Source: Candidatus Heimdallarchaeota archaeon B3_Heim (GTDB lineage: Archaea > Asgardarchaeota > Heimdallarchaeia > Hodarchaeales > Hodarchaeaceae). Taken from it: DNA of 24,000 bases. A program made the translations under genes and the position numbers. Below are positions 8,470 to 16,449 of this stretch, in pieces (within the stretch, counting starts at the first letter, position 1; the number at the start of each line of letters is the position of its first letter). Below the pieces are notes generated by a model that had not been told where the DNA came from, did not search any database, and saw only the letters and a program-made list of their open reading frames with translations. Location of the stretch: positions 36,443-60,442 of the forward strand of contig NJBF01000026.1 in assembly GCA_003144275.1 (NCBI GenBank). Direction: 5' to 3'.

Positions 8470-8581
8470 GTCAACTGTTTTCAATTGACAAATAGTTAGT
8501 CAACTCTTTAGTATTGAGTCAACTTAAAAAGCTTGTCATTCGTCCTGTCAATAGTTTTCGATTGACAAGGTTTTTGTCAAT
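8470..8581. promoter_or_regulatory. dense array of 8 TTGAC/GTCAA-core motifs upstream of the SatD-like gene
   Basis: AGTCAACT occurs 3 times (cores at 8470-8475, 8499-8504, 8518-8523). ATTGACA(A)/TTGTCAAT-type sites lie at 8485-8490, 8533-8538 (degenerate), 8546-8551, 8562-8568 and 8574-8580. These include the perfect palindrome ATTGACAA-ggttt-TTGTCAAT (8561-8581). Spacing is ~12-19 bp. Confidence 0.55.
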
Positions 8582-8586
8582 ACGGA

Positions 8587-9669
8587 TTAGCGAGTATTGA
8601 GCGGGGTATGACAAACCTCACAGGCAGCTTCTTCCCCCTCGAGGATTTGATTTGTATTATTACAATTGTGACAGTGCACAAACACTTTTTTTTCCGTGAA
8701 AAAACCAAAAGTACCTTTACCAGCCAATATAGTCTTATCTGCTTGTTCTTTCATCTTTTTGAACAAGGGATTCGATAAATCCTCCAGACTGGTGATAACA
8801 CTTTGTCGATCGGAATGTTGTTGTTTGAAAGCAGTTTTTTCTTGAAAGTATGCTTTACGTTCCTCAGGTGTCATCTTTTCAAGTTGTTGAAGCTCTTTCA
8901 ATCGAAGAGTAAACTTGTTTCGTTGTTCTAGCAACATAGAATTGAGCGTTTGCGTGGAAAATTCTGATAATTCCTCTAAAGTCAGCTCGGAAAAGTTAAC
9001 ATGAGAAATATTTGATAAGGGGGTACGAATGTTTGTAGGAGAACTTATTGTTCCTGGAGGTGGTGGTGGGGGAGGATTGACCGTATTTGACCTTAAAGGG
9101 GAGGATGTGGGAAAACTTCTACTTGCTATTTGCTTGAGATTCGATGTAATGCTATCTTGGACTGTTCCACTGATCTCCTCGATTACAGTCGATAAGTACT
9201 CCTTCGAGGTAAATTCTTGTTGTTTATTTTCTAGAGATTTCAATTGTGCTTCTAATTCGCCGAGACGAGACATTAATTCAAGTAATTGCTGATCATTTTT
9301 GGATTCTTTGAGCTCTTTCTCAACATTACTCAATTCTTCCTGGTTATGACAAATATTACAGATACCGTTTATTAATTCGTCTTTTAAGGTTCTTCTACCA
9401 CAGTTTTGGCAAATTGTGAACATTATTCTAAGTTCAATAAGAGCAGTCTGAATTCGTTTATCATTCGAATTCAATTTGGCTTTGTTCTGATCCGACTCTT
9501 TTGCAATTACAGGTTTATGAATGAATATGGAGTCTCTTATTGACCAGTCTTTGTCATAAATCGTTCCTAGTTGTTGGAGAGCTTTTTCTATGTTGTTGAA
9601 AGGGTTCTTCTTCCCCCTCAGAGAGGAATGGGATTCAAGAGCAGTAGGTATTTTAGTTCCTTTGGACAT
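8587..9669 (-). CDS. hypothetical protein with two CxxC...CxxC zinc ribbons, a coiled coil and a Pro7 tract
   Basis: CQNCG...CNICH lies at nt ~9352-9411 and CHNCN...CEVCH at the C-terminus (nt ~8600-8680). A coiled-coil segment LELMSRLGELEAQLKSLENKQQE is present. Seven consecutive Pro codons lie at 9055-9075. Confidence 0.75.
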   Translation of the reverse strand: MSKGTKIPTALESHSSLRGKKNPFNNIEKALQQLGTIYDKDWSIRDSIFIHKPVIAKESDQNKAKLNSNDKRIQTALIELRIMFTICQNCGRRTLKDELINGICNICHNQEELSNVEKELKESKNDQQLLELMSRLGELEAQLKSLENKQQEFTSKEYLSTVIEEISGTVQDSITSNLKQIASRSFPTSSPLRSNTVNPPPPPPPGTISSPTNIRTPLSNISHVNFSELTLEELSEFSTQTLNSMLLEQRNKFTLRLKELQQLEKMTPEERKAYFQEKTAFKQQHSDRQSVITSLEDLSNPLFKKMKEQADKTILAGKGTFGFFTEKKVFVHCHNCNNTNQILEGEEAACEVCHTPLNTR

Positions 9670-9685
9670 GATTTAATTCCTAATC

Positions 9686-10342
9686 CTAGTCAAGAGAACT
9701 AGCCTGTTCAAGAAATAATTGCGCTACAGCTCGTTCGTTCGTGTCTACGTCTGAATTGCTTTCCTTGATTACAACTAGCGCAATTCTTGCCAGTAAATCA
9801 AAATTTGGGTCTAAAATTTGCTGTAATCCAGTTTTAAGAAATTGAGCAGAAGTCATTTCACGTTCGAATGCAGTATTTGTAATTCGATCCAACTCCGTGT
9901 AAATCACATCGGCTATTTGTGGATCAATCTTTGTTGATAATTCTCTCCCGTCTGGAGCATTCTGCTCGAAATAAACCTCAGAGTCAATTAAGAATCGCTG
10001 AATCATACCCATGGTATCGTAAATTAAAATTGACTCTTGTTTGACTATATAATGGTCATAGAATGCTTTCCAGTAGGGTTTATGTGGGATACCTATGTAG
10101 CGTTGACGTTGGCCTTTAGGTATAGAGATATTTACAACCGCAATTGCTTGTTTCTCTACTAATCGTGCAATTGCCCCATCAATTTTCCCCCTACTCCAAT
10201 TTAAACAAAGTACCAAGTCATTTACTGTTACGGGACGATCGAATTTGGAGAGTTTGCGGAGCATTTCTTGATCTGTTTCTTCAGCATTTCCTCGAGGCAC
10301 GATTTTATAACACCCTTTTACGTTAGAACAGACTTTTTCCAA
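9686..10342 (-). CDS. winged-helix DNA-binding protein (putative transcription regulator)
   Basis: VTVNDLVLCLNWSRGKIDGAIARLVEKQAIAVV is a wHTH-like segment. It lies 16 nt upstream of the zinc-ribbon gene on the same strand. The start is uncertain: TTG at 10342 or ATG at 10264. Confidence 0.65.
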   Translation of the reverse strand: MEKVCSNVKGCYKIVPRGNAEETDQEMLRKLSKFDRPVTVNDLVLCLNWSRGKIDGAIARLVEKQAIAVVNISIPKGQRQRYIGIPHKPYWKAFYDHYIVKQESILIYDTMGMIQRFLIDSEVYFEQNAPDGRELSTKIDPQIADVIYTELDRITNTAFEREMTSAQFLKTGLQQILDPNFDLLARIALVVIKESNSDVDTNERAVAQLFLEQASSLD

Positions 10343-10812
10343 ATTGAAGGATATTTCGTTCGATCATTCCTGATATTAGCATTCAGACAAGTCTAAATTT
10401 ATATGGTTTTAACATCCCAATTTTCATCTTTGGAGATGCAGATTTTCAGGTAAATTTGATATCTACTTGACTATATAACTTTATTGCTAGATTGAGGATT
10501 TAAGTCGGACATTTTGTTAAAAAAAGAGATGTTAAGCGCGCCTATTACTATATAGATGATATTCAAATCACCTCTTTCGGCCTTTTCTATCCCTTAATTT
10601 AGTTAATGAAATAATAGTCGTGTCTATAATATTTTTAATTCATTTATAAGTATAAAAGTTCCTGTATCCTTTAAAGAAGGAAGCTAATTTTATTAGGCCT
10701 GACGATTAGCATTTGCATTTAATGAATAGAAATATTTAGAATCACTAGTACCCTTGTCTCTTCAGTATATTATGTACTAGAAAGAGCTAGTTAACAATTG
10801 GAAGGAAAATAA

Positions 10813-12669
10813 ATGGAAACCACCCTAGATGGTTGCAAGATTGTCCTTTTGGACTTTTTTCAGAAGAATAAATCTAAACTCCTTAAAGCACTCAAATCTG
10901 ACGAAGTTCAGACCTTTCTCGAGCCATTAAGCGATATGACCATAATATTTTCAGATATACAAAAGATCACTGAGTTAAAAAAATATCTTAAAACTCTAGA
11001 AATACCAGAAGACGATTTAAAAGACATTTTACAATTCTTTGATCGTCCTTTTCAATCCTCATTCTCTTGGGGATTCCAGGATAAAGAATTCGTGTTCATA
11101 CGCCTGGAAGAAACAACTAAATTGTTTCTTAAGAAAAATCGTAAGGGTTTAACAGGATTGATTATTCATGAAGTGTTACATGGTGTACAACGCCAGCGAG
11201 GCTTAGAAATTCGTTTACACGACTCATTAGACTTCAGCTTGGATTTCTTTACACAACTGGCTGAGATAATTCCTCCAGAAAAATACAATCGCACACAAAT
11301 AATGTCATTTCTGAAACAAATATCCCAACTTGCTTTATTTGCGTTAAAAGACATATTTGTTAATGTTGAATTAATTAAGCGAGGAATGGCTGAGTGGTTA
11401 ATAATTTTCTATCGTGATGAGCTGGGATTTGGTGAAGATCTTGAAATTAAGCCTCCCCAGTACGAAACTGAATTCGAAAAAGGCGTCGTTAAGGTAAAGG
11501 ATTTGGATTCATTTGCTACAGCGTTTACATATACGTTATCACTTATCCCAATTTGGTTACCTTTCATGGTTTTGGAAACTGACTCAAAGGACTATAAACC
11601 GTCCCGTGAGTTGAAACATTTAATTTTTGATAAGTATTACGTTAATCCTTCATTCATTACACGGGAGATGTGGCATATAGAGAACATATTTCTGGCCAGC
11701 TTCTCCTTTTCCAAGAGTTTTCATCGTAAGTGGTATGGTGCAATCTTTAACTTAGCTCTTGAACATCTGCTTGGCGAAGATTTTCTGTTTTATCATCTCT
11801 TCAAGGCTACTGAGCTCTTAGAAGAGCTTTATACAACCCAAGAATCTGAAGAAAGAAAATCTATGGCCATGGTTCCAATTTTGAAAGCTGCGTATGTCTA
11901 TAGACGAGAACAACTCGTAGGTATCCAAAAAAGGAACATTGAAGAATTAAACTCTAAGATGCAACAATATGAAATAGGGGAGGAGGAAATTATAGAGCTT
12001 GAAGAAAGTATTGATGATTCTTCTGAACATACTACTTCTCCAGAGCATATGTTTGAAAACCTCATGAAACTTTCAATTATGATTGTAACTCGAGATTTAC
12101 GAGTAAATGTGTTTTCTGGTGAAAATTTTAAATTTAAGATCTTTAGTCGCACGATACTCTCTCTTCTCCAAGCGATTAATTATTTAGAAGATGAATGTGA
12201 CGATCAATATTATCATACAGTTCGCTTAGGTGTGAAACGACTTCTCCGAACAGATAATCTGTTTAAGCGTAAAAGATGGGCATTATTACTCGAGAATTTT
12301 GCTCAAAATACGATTTTTCAGGGAGAAACTGAACCCTCACAACTAGAAATTGATGAATTAATTTATAATTATGACTTTTTTGAAATTCCATTGACTAATC
12401 TCTTCATCAACCTTGGAGTATCTTTTATTCAGAATATAAAAACAGTCATGAAAACAGTCCCTGTAAATGATGATGAATTTCCTTTTTTAACGGCTCAACT
12501 TATCAATATTCAAATTGGAGGGATTGAACTTCCAATAGAAGATGAAGAACATCTGAACTTGATGTATGTAAGCAGTCTTATTGCTACTAAAGGGATTCCA
12601 TATCGAATGATTCAAATCATGCTTACAGCTTTTCTACAAACTAGAGTCCCAAAGGAAGAAACAGATTAG
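10813..12669 (+). CDS. large hypothetical protein with an HExxH motif (possible zinc metallopeptidase)
   Basis: ATG start with GGAAGG upstream. GLIIHEVLHGV has the HEVLH codons at 11167-11181. No other recognisable domain in 618 aa. An acidic stretch EIGEEEIIELEESIDDSSE is present. Confidence 0.7.
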   Translation: METTLDGCKIVLLDFFQKNKSKLLKALKSDEVQTFLEPLSDMTIIFSDIQKITELKKYLKTLEIPEDDLKDILQFFDRPFQSSFSWGFQDKEFVFIRLEETTKLFLKKNRKGLTGLIIHEVLHGVQRQRGLEIRLHDSLDFSLDFFTQLAEIIPPEKYNRTQIMSFLKQISQLALFALKDIFVNVELIKRGMAEWLIIFYRDELGFGEDLEIKPPQYETEFEKGVVKVKDLDSFATAFTYTLSLIPIWLPFMVLETDSKDYKPSRELKHLIFDKYYVNPSFITREMWHIENIFLASFSFSKSFHRKWYGAIFNLALEHLLGEDFLFYHLFKATELLEELYTTQESEERKSMAMVPILKAAYVYRREQLVGIQKRNIEELNSKMQQYEIGEEEIIELEESIDDSSEHTTSPEHMFENLMKLSIMIVTRDLRVNVFSGENFKFKIFSRTILSLLQAINYLEDECDDQYYHTVRLGVKRLLRTDNLFKRKRWALLLENFAQNTIFQGETEPSQLEIDELIYNYDFFEIPLTNLFINLGVSFIQNIKTVMKTVPVNDDEFPFLTAQLINIQIGGIELPIEDEEHLNLMYVSSLIATKGIPYRMIQIMLTAFLQTRVPKEETD

Positions 12670-12782
12670 TTCGAAGACCCATAAATCATCAGATTGATTT
12701 CAATTTGTAAGGGATCCTCTTGAAAAGATAATAGTATTTTATTGAAATTCATTCCAAAAGTATGCAAAAGAAAGGGAGAAAG

Positions 12783-12949
12783 CGGCACCAGCAGGAGTTT
12801 CAGTCAAAAACTAAATGTTCTTAACCTTTGAACCTGCGACCACTCGGTGTCTGTGTCTCTTTCTCAATGAAAGATGTCAATTAACAGCCGAACGCTCTAC
12901 CTCTTCAGAGATAAAGACTGAATCTCTATCCTAACTGAGCTATGATGCC
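12783..12949 (-). tRNA. tRNA-Asn (GUU) with three introns (D-arm ~29 nt, anticodon loop 37/38 33 nt, T-loop ~59/60 30 nt)
   Basis: Manual fold of the reverse complement. Acceptor GGCATCA/TGGTGCC with G73. D stem GCTC...GAGC. Anticodon stem TTCGG/CCGAG with loop CTGTTAA. T stem GCAGG/CCTGC with T-loop TTCAAA[30 nt]T. Exons sum to 75 nt of the 167-nt gene. Confidence 0.8.
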
Positions 12950-12965
12950 TACTCTACTAAGAATG

Positions 12966-13071
12966 TGGGCCTGGGGGGATTTGAACCCACGAACCATCCG
13001 GTTATGAGCCGGACGCTCTAACCATTTCAGAGGGTTATGAGGTTATATGCCCTAAACTGAGCTACAGGCCC
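12966..13071 (-). tRNA. tRNA-Met or tRNA-Ile2 (CAU) with ~30-nt intron in the D-loop
   Basis: Acceptor GGGCCTG/CAGGCCC with A73. D stem GCTC...GAGC enclosing 40 nt instead of ~9-10. Anticodon stem TCCGG/CCGGA with loop CTCATAA. T arm GTGGG-TTCAAAT-CCCCC has one mismatch, and the variable region is 6 nt. It lies 16 nt upstream of tRNA-Asn on the same strand. Confidence 0.75.
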
Positions 13072-13113
13072 AATAGATGTTATACGGTAGTGTTACTTCG
13101 TTATTTAAGTGAC

Positions 13114-13128
13114 TTCAGATAATCTGAA
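13114..13128 (-). terminator. palindrome TTCAGAT-A-ATCTGAA immediately after the uL6 stop codon
   Basis: Perfect 7-bp arms read directly from the sequence. Its function (terminator or processing site before the tRNA tandem) is inferred only. Confidence 0.3.
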
Positions 13129-13130
13129 AT

Positions 13131-13682
13131 TTATGTGTTTATGACGTAAAGTCCATCCTGGAAGACAGTTGGATCTTTACTTCGTCGTCCTCGTAATCGT
13201 GAAGATTCAGCTAAGCGTGCTGCAACTTGTGAAACCTTTTCTTTATCGATTCCAGTTAGAGTTACGATATCCGCTTTGACTTTGATATCAACAGAAGGAT
13301 CATACGGAACCTTAATAGGATCTCTTCTTCCATAGAGATTCTTTATGAGGATTACAGATTTTTGGACTTCTACAGTAGCAGGAAAATGAGAAGTAATGAC
13401 TTGAACCTGATACGTGTACAATTCATTTACGCCTTTGATCATATTATTTAAATGGCCCGCGATGGTTCCTACCAAAGCTGCCTCTCTTTTCTTACCAAAG
13501 TGACTGCTAATAACAAATTTATTATCATCGTAAGAAATTTTGACACTTATTCTAGTAAAAGATTTCTCTATATTTCCTTTGGGTCCTTCTATTTTAACTG
13601 TGAATCCCCCACGAATTTGTTTCATATCAACCTTGATATTTTTAGGGACTTCAACGGTTTTTTCAATAACAAAGTGTGTCAT
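13131..13682 (-). CDS. rpl6: 50S ribosomal protein uL6 (L6P)
   Basis: 183 aa with the typical archaeal L6 sequence pattern (VEVPKNIKVDM...FTVKIEGPKG...) and two repeated L6 domains. It lies 19 nt downstream of uS8. Confidence 0.93.
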   Translation of the reverse strand: MTHFVIEKTVEVPKNIKVDMKQIRGGFTVKIEGPKGNIEKSFTRISVKISYDDNKFVISSHFGKKREAALVGTIAGHLNNMIKGVNELYTYQVQVITSHFPATVEVQKSVILIKNLYGRRDPIKVPYDPSVDIKVKADIVTLTGIDKEKVSQVAARLAESSRLRGRRSKDPTVFQDGLYVINT

Positions 13683-13701
13683 CGGTATTTTCTCTCCTTA
13701 A

Positions 13702-14088
13702 TTAAAATACGTAAGCTAATAATCGTCCACCAAGATTTTTCTCTCCAGCTTCGTGATGGGACATGACTCCTTCGGAAGTAGAAACTACAAGAATTCCCAT
13801 ATCTCGTGCAGGAAGGAATCTTTTCTCCCATTCTACATAGTCTTGCACTTTAACTGGATATCTTGGTTTTATAACACCAATTTTGGTAATTCGGCCTAAG
13901 AGCTGAACAGAGATAATCCATAAATCTTCCATAACTTCGAATTCGCCAATGGTTCCATATTTTTGGATCACACGCAGAACATTTGCAATGATTCTGCTCG
14001 CAGGTCTAATTGTAACTTCTTTACGACCAAGAATTTCTGCGTTTGCTATTGTGGACATCGCATTAGCTAAGGGGTCATGCATAACCAT
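13702..14088 (-). CDS. rps8: 30S ribosomal protein uS8 (S8P)
   Basis: Starts [18 protein letters not shown] and ends ...GGRLLAYVF, which are classic S8 N- and C-terminal signatures. Confidence 0.93.
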   Translation of the reverse strand: MVMHDPLANAMSTIANAEILGRKEVTIRPASRIIANVLRVIQKYGTIGEFEVMEDLWIISVQLLGRITKIGVIKPRYPVKVQDYVEWEKRFLPARDMGILVVSTSEGVMSHHEAGEKNLGGRLLAYVF

Positions 14089-14305
14089 AATTTTCTTCTC
14101 TTTTGTGGTTTATTCAAATGAAAATGGCTAGTAAAGCCGAATTAAATGAGTAGAAAGGCCGACATTGCCTTACCATCCATCTATACCGTCCATGAACCCA
14201 CTTGTTAAAGGTTATCGTGGAGTAAGCAGTTTTCATTTTGTAGTGGTGCATTGCCTGAGCTTTTTTCTTCGACACAGGGGAATTTTAATCAATAGAAAAT
14301 GAGGA

Positions 14306-14821
14306 TTACTTTTGTTTTCTTTTAATTTTGGCAATTGAACCAATTGTTGTAGCTCGGGGTATTATATCATCCACGCTGGAGCTTTCTTCAGATATATCGG
14401 TTTTAAGCTCTATGTCGAGTTCTCGCTCAATCTTGGAAACTACTCTATCAGTAGGTATCACTTTTTCCGCTTCAATTCGGGCTAATAATGTCTCTTTTTC
14501 CTTAATTAATCCTGCAAATTGAGCGCGCCCATAACCATGCTCTTTACGAGCTTCTTGGATCAAGTGACCATAGCCATCAACAAGAATTTTATCATGTAGG
14601 AAGTCCTTCTTCGGAGGTATTCTTGTCACAGGTTTTGTTTTAGCCTTGGATTGAACTTGATGTTTCTTGTACCTTGGTCGTTGGTCAGGTTTTGGACGTT
14701 TTACTACAGGTTTTCCAAATTTCGCGCATTTTGAGCATGCATAAAGCTCTACATGATCGATTTCAACAAGTGTAATAAAACCTTCAGACCCACACATTTC
14801 ACACTGCTGTATTTTACTCAA
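14306..14821 (-). CDS. mbf1: archaeal multiprotein bridging factor 1 (aMBF1): N-terminal zinc ribbon + C-terminal Cro/C1-type HTH
   Basis: CEMCG...CSKCAKFG is the zinc ribbon. IQEARKEHGYGRAQFAGLIKEKETLLARIE is HTH_3-like. The TTG start at 14821 is needed to retain the first Cys, because the first ATG falls inside the CxxC. Confidence 0.88.
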   Translation of the reverse strand: MSKIQQCEMCGSEGFITLVEIDHVELYACSKCAKFGKPVVKRPKPDQRPRYKKHQVQSKAKTKPVTRIPPKKDFLHDKILVDGYGHLIQEARKEHGYGRAQFAGLIKEKETLLARIEAEKVIPTDRVVSKIERELDIELKTDISEESSSVDDIIPRATTIGSIAKIKRKQK

Positions 14822-15246
14822 AAATAATACTTCCTCAACATATAAAACTAATTCCAGTATTCATTATAACATCTTAGATAAAAATATTAAAATCCAACGA
14901 AGTGGGTATTTCTTAATTTATCAGTAAATCGGCATTCATTTCCGATTGTGTTATCATTCCGCCTTGAGACTGATTTCCTCCTAGTTCTGAATCATTTAGC
15001 GAGCTGAGAGAATATTTTTTTTTATAAATATATGTAATAACCCCTTTCATCAAAAACTACAATTAAACATCAAGAAAAGTAATCACCTTATGCAACCAGT
15101 ATGAAAAGAAAAATAAAGGATGATTAAGTCTGTAGCTATCAGTGGAAAAAACCTCTTTCAATCCTTTGGGTCGAGCAATTATATGCTTTATAACTTTAGG
15201 AAGGATTTGAAGGAGTTTGCTTTCAATCACTAAAGTAGGTATTATT

Positions 15247-16440
15247 ATGCCAGAAAGTGTGGATGACAAAAAAGCCACGTTCGATGAGTTCACTGATTCT
15301 TATACTCGTACAATGGAACGTCGGATACGTACACTGGAAACGGAGAAACAATTACTAGAAGTTCAACGAAATAAGTTAGAAGAGGATCGGGATAACTTAA
15401 GACTCGAACTACAAAAACTGAAACAACCTCCTCTGTTTACAGGCACATTGTTAGAAGTTCTAGAGAATGGAAAAGCTATCGTGAAGAGTTCTACTGGGCC
15501 TTCATTCGTTGTTGTTATTGATTCGACCATTCCGAAGGACATACTTGTTCCTAATAGTCGAGTTGCTCTTCACCAGAGAAACTTTGCTATACTGGAAATT
15601 CTTCCCCAGAGCACAGATCCCCTTGTACGTAGCATGGAGATTGATATAAAACCATCTGAAACCTATGAGGATATTGGTGGGTTACGAGATCAATTGTTAG
15701 ACCTTCGCGAAACGGTCGAGCTTCCTCTTTTACAACCCGAACTTTTTGAAAAGGTAGGAATTGAACCACCTAAAGGTGTTTTGCTGCATGGCCCTCCAGG
15801 TTCAGGAAAAACTCTCATGGTGAAAGCCGTTGCTCATGAAACACAAGCCACTTTCATTCGAGTCATTGGTTCCGAGCTGGTCCAGAAATACATCGGTGAA
15901 GGCGCACGATTAGTCCGTGAAGTGTTTGCTTATGCCCGTGATAATTCCCCAAGTATCCTATTCATTGATGAATTAGATGCTATCGGAAGTAAGCGGCTTG
16001 ATATTGCCACAAGCGGTGATCGTGAAGTTCAAAGGACATTAATGCAATTATTAAGTGAGTTAGATGGTTTTTCCCCACGTGGAGATGTGAAGATCATTGG
16101 AGCGACTAATCGTGTGGATATACTTGATCCAGCATTGATGCGACCTGGACGATTTGATAGACATATTGAGGTTCCCTTACCAAATCTCGAAGAGAGATTC
16201 GAGATTCTCAAAATTCATTCAAGAAGTATGAATATTGAGAAAAATGTTGATTTGAATTTAGTTGCCACTCAAATGGTTGAAGCGTCTGGTGCAGATATTC
16301 GTGCCATAACTCAAGAAGCAGGCATGTTTGCTATACGAGAAAGAGTGACAATTGTAAAGTCAAAACACTTCCTTTCTGCAATCGATAAAGTGATATCCAA
16401 GAAGAAGGAAACTCTGTCTGGCAAGAATGAATATACTTGA
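15247..16440 (+). CDS. pan: proteasome-activating nucleotidase PAN (AAA+ ATPase, Rpt homologue)
   Basis: N-terminal coiled coil, an OB region, Walker A GPPGSGKT (15790-15813), Walker B ILFIDELD, and the second region of homology. I prefer the ATG at 15247 (AGGT upstream) over the in-frame TTG at 15217 used by the ORF track. Confidence 0.95.
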   Translation: MPESVDDKKATFDEFTDSYTRTMERRIRTLETEKQLLEVQRNKLEEDRDNLRLELQKLKQPPLFTGTLLEVLENGKAIVKSSTGPSFVVVIDSTIPKDILVPNSRVALHQRNFAILEILPQSTDPLVRSMEIDIKPSETYEDIGGLRDQLLDLRETVELPLLQPELFEKVGIEPPKGVLLHGPPGSGKTLMVKAVAHETQATFIRVIGSELVQKYIGEGARLVREVFAYARDNSPSILFIDELDAIGSKRLDIATSGDREVQRTLMQLLSELDGFSPRGDVKIIGATNRVDILDPALMRPGRFDRHIEVPLPNLEERFEILKIHSRSMNIEKNVDLNLVATQMVEASGADIRAITQEAGMFAIRERVTIVKSKHFLSAIDKVISKKKETLSGKNEYT

Positions 16441-16449
16441 ATTTCGCCA

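Noticed and set aside
8470-8581. Reading the TTGACA repeats as bacterial sigma70 -35 boxes.
   Set aside because: The gene content is archaeal (TBP/TFB-type promoters). The multiplicity and mixed orientation fit transcription-factor sites, not promoters.
9029-9292. 87-aa plus-strand ORF with a GGGGGGG run.
   Set aside because: It is the antisense mirror of the Pro7 tract of the zinc-ribbon gene and has no independent support.
10041-10478. Exact 12-mer TTGACTATATAA present twice (10041-10052 inside the wHTH gene, 10467-10478 in the upstream spacer).
   Set aside because: In 24 kb of AT-rich DNA several chance 12-mer repeats are expected, and there are only two copies with no clustering.
12783-12830. 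Search by eye for a direct repeat of the tRNA-Asn 3' segment (att site) at the far edge of the 3.1-12.8 kb block, and of tRNA-His sequence near 21600 (TTTGATAGATTT versus CTTGATAGAGAT).
   Set aside because: Only 6-10-nt imperfect matches were found, which is not distinguishable from chance. A computational search is needed before claiming integration borders.
14114-14251. 45-aa minus-strand ORF in the leader upstream of uS8, tested as a possible uS14 gene (the expected upstream neighbour of uS8).
   Set aside because: The translation (MHHYKMKTAYSTITFNKWVHGRYRWMVRQCRPFYSFNSALLAIFI) lacks the CxxC...CxxC zinc motif and the CRQCFRE signature. The other frames are closed.
15063-15293. 76-aa minus-strand ORF, and the TTG start (15217) proposed for PAN.
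   Set aside because: The ORF overlaps the PAN 5' end and promoter region and looks random. PAN more plausibly starts at the ATG at 15247, which has an AGGT upstream.
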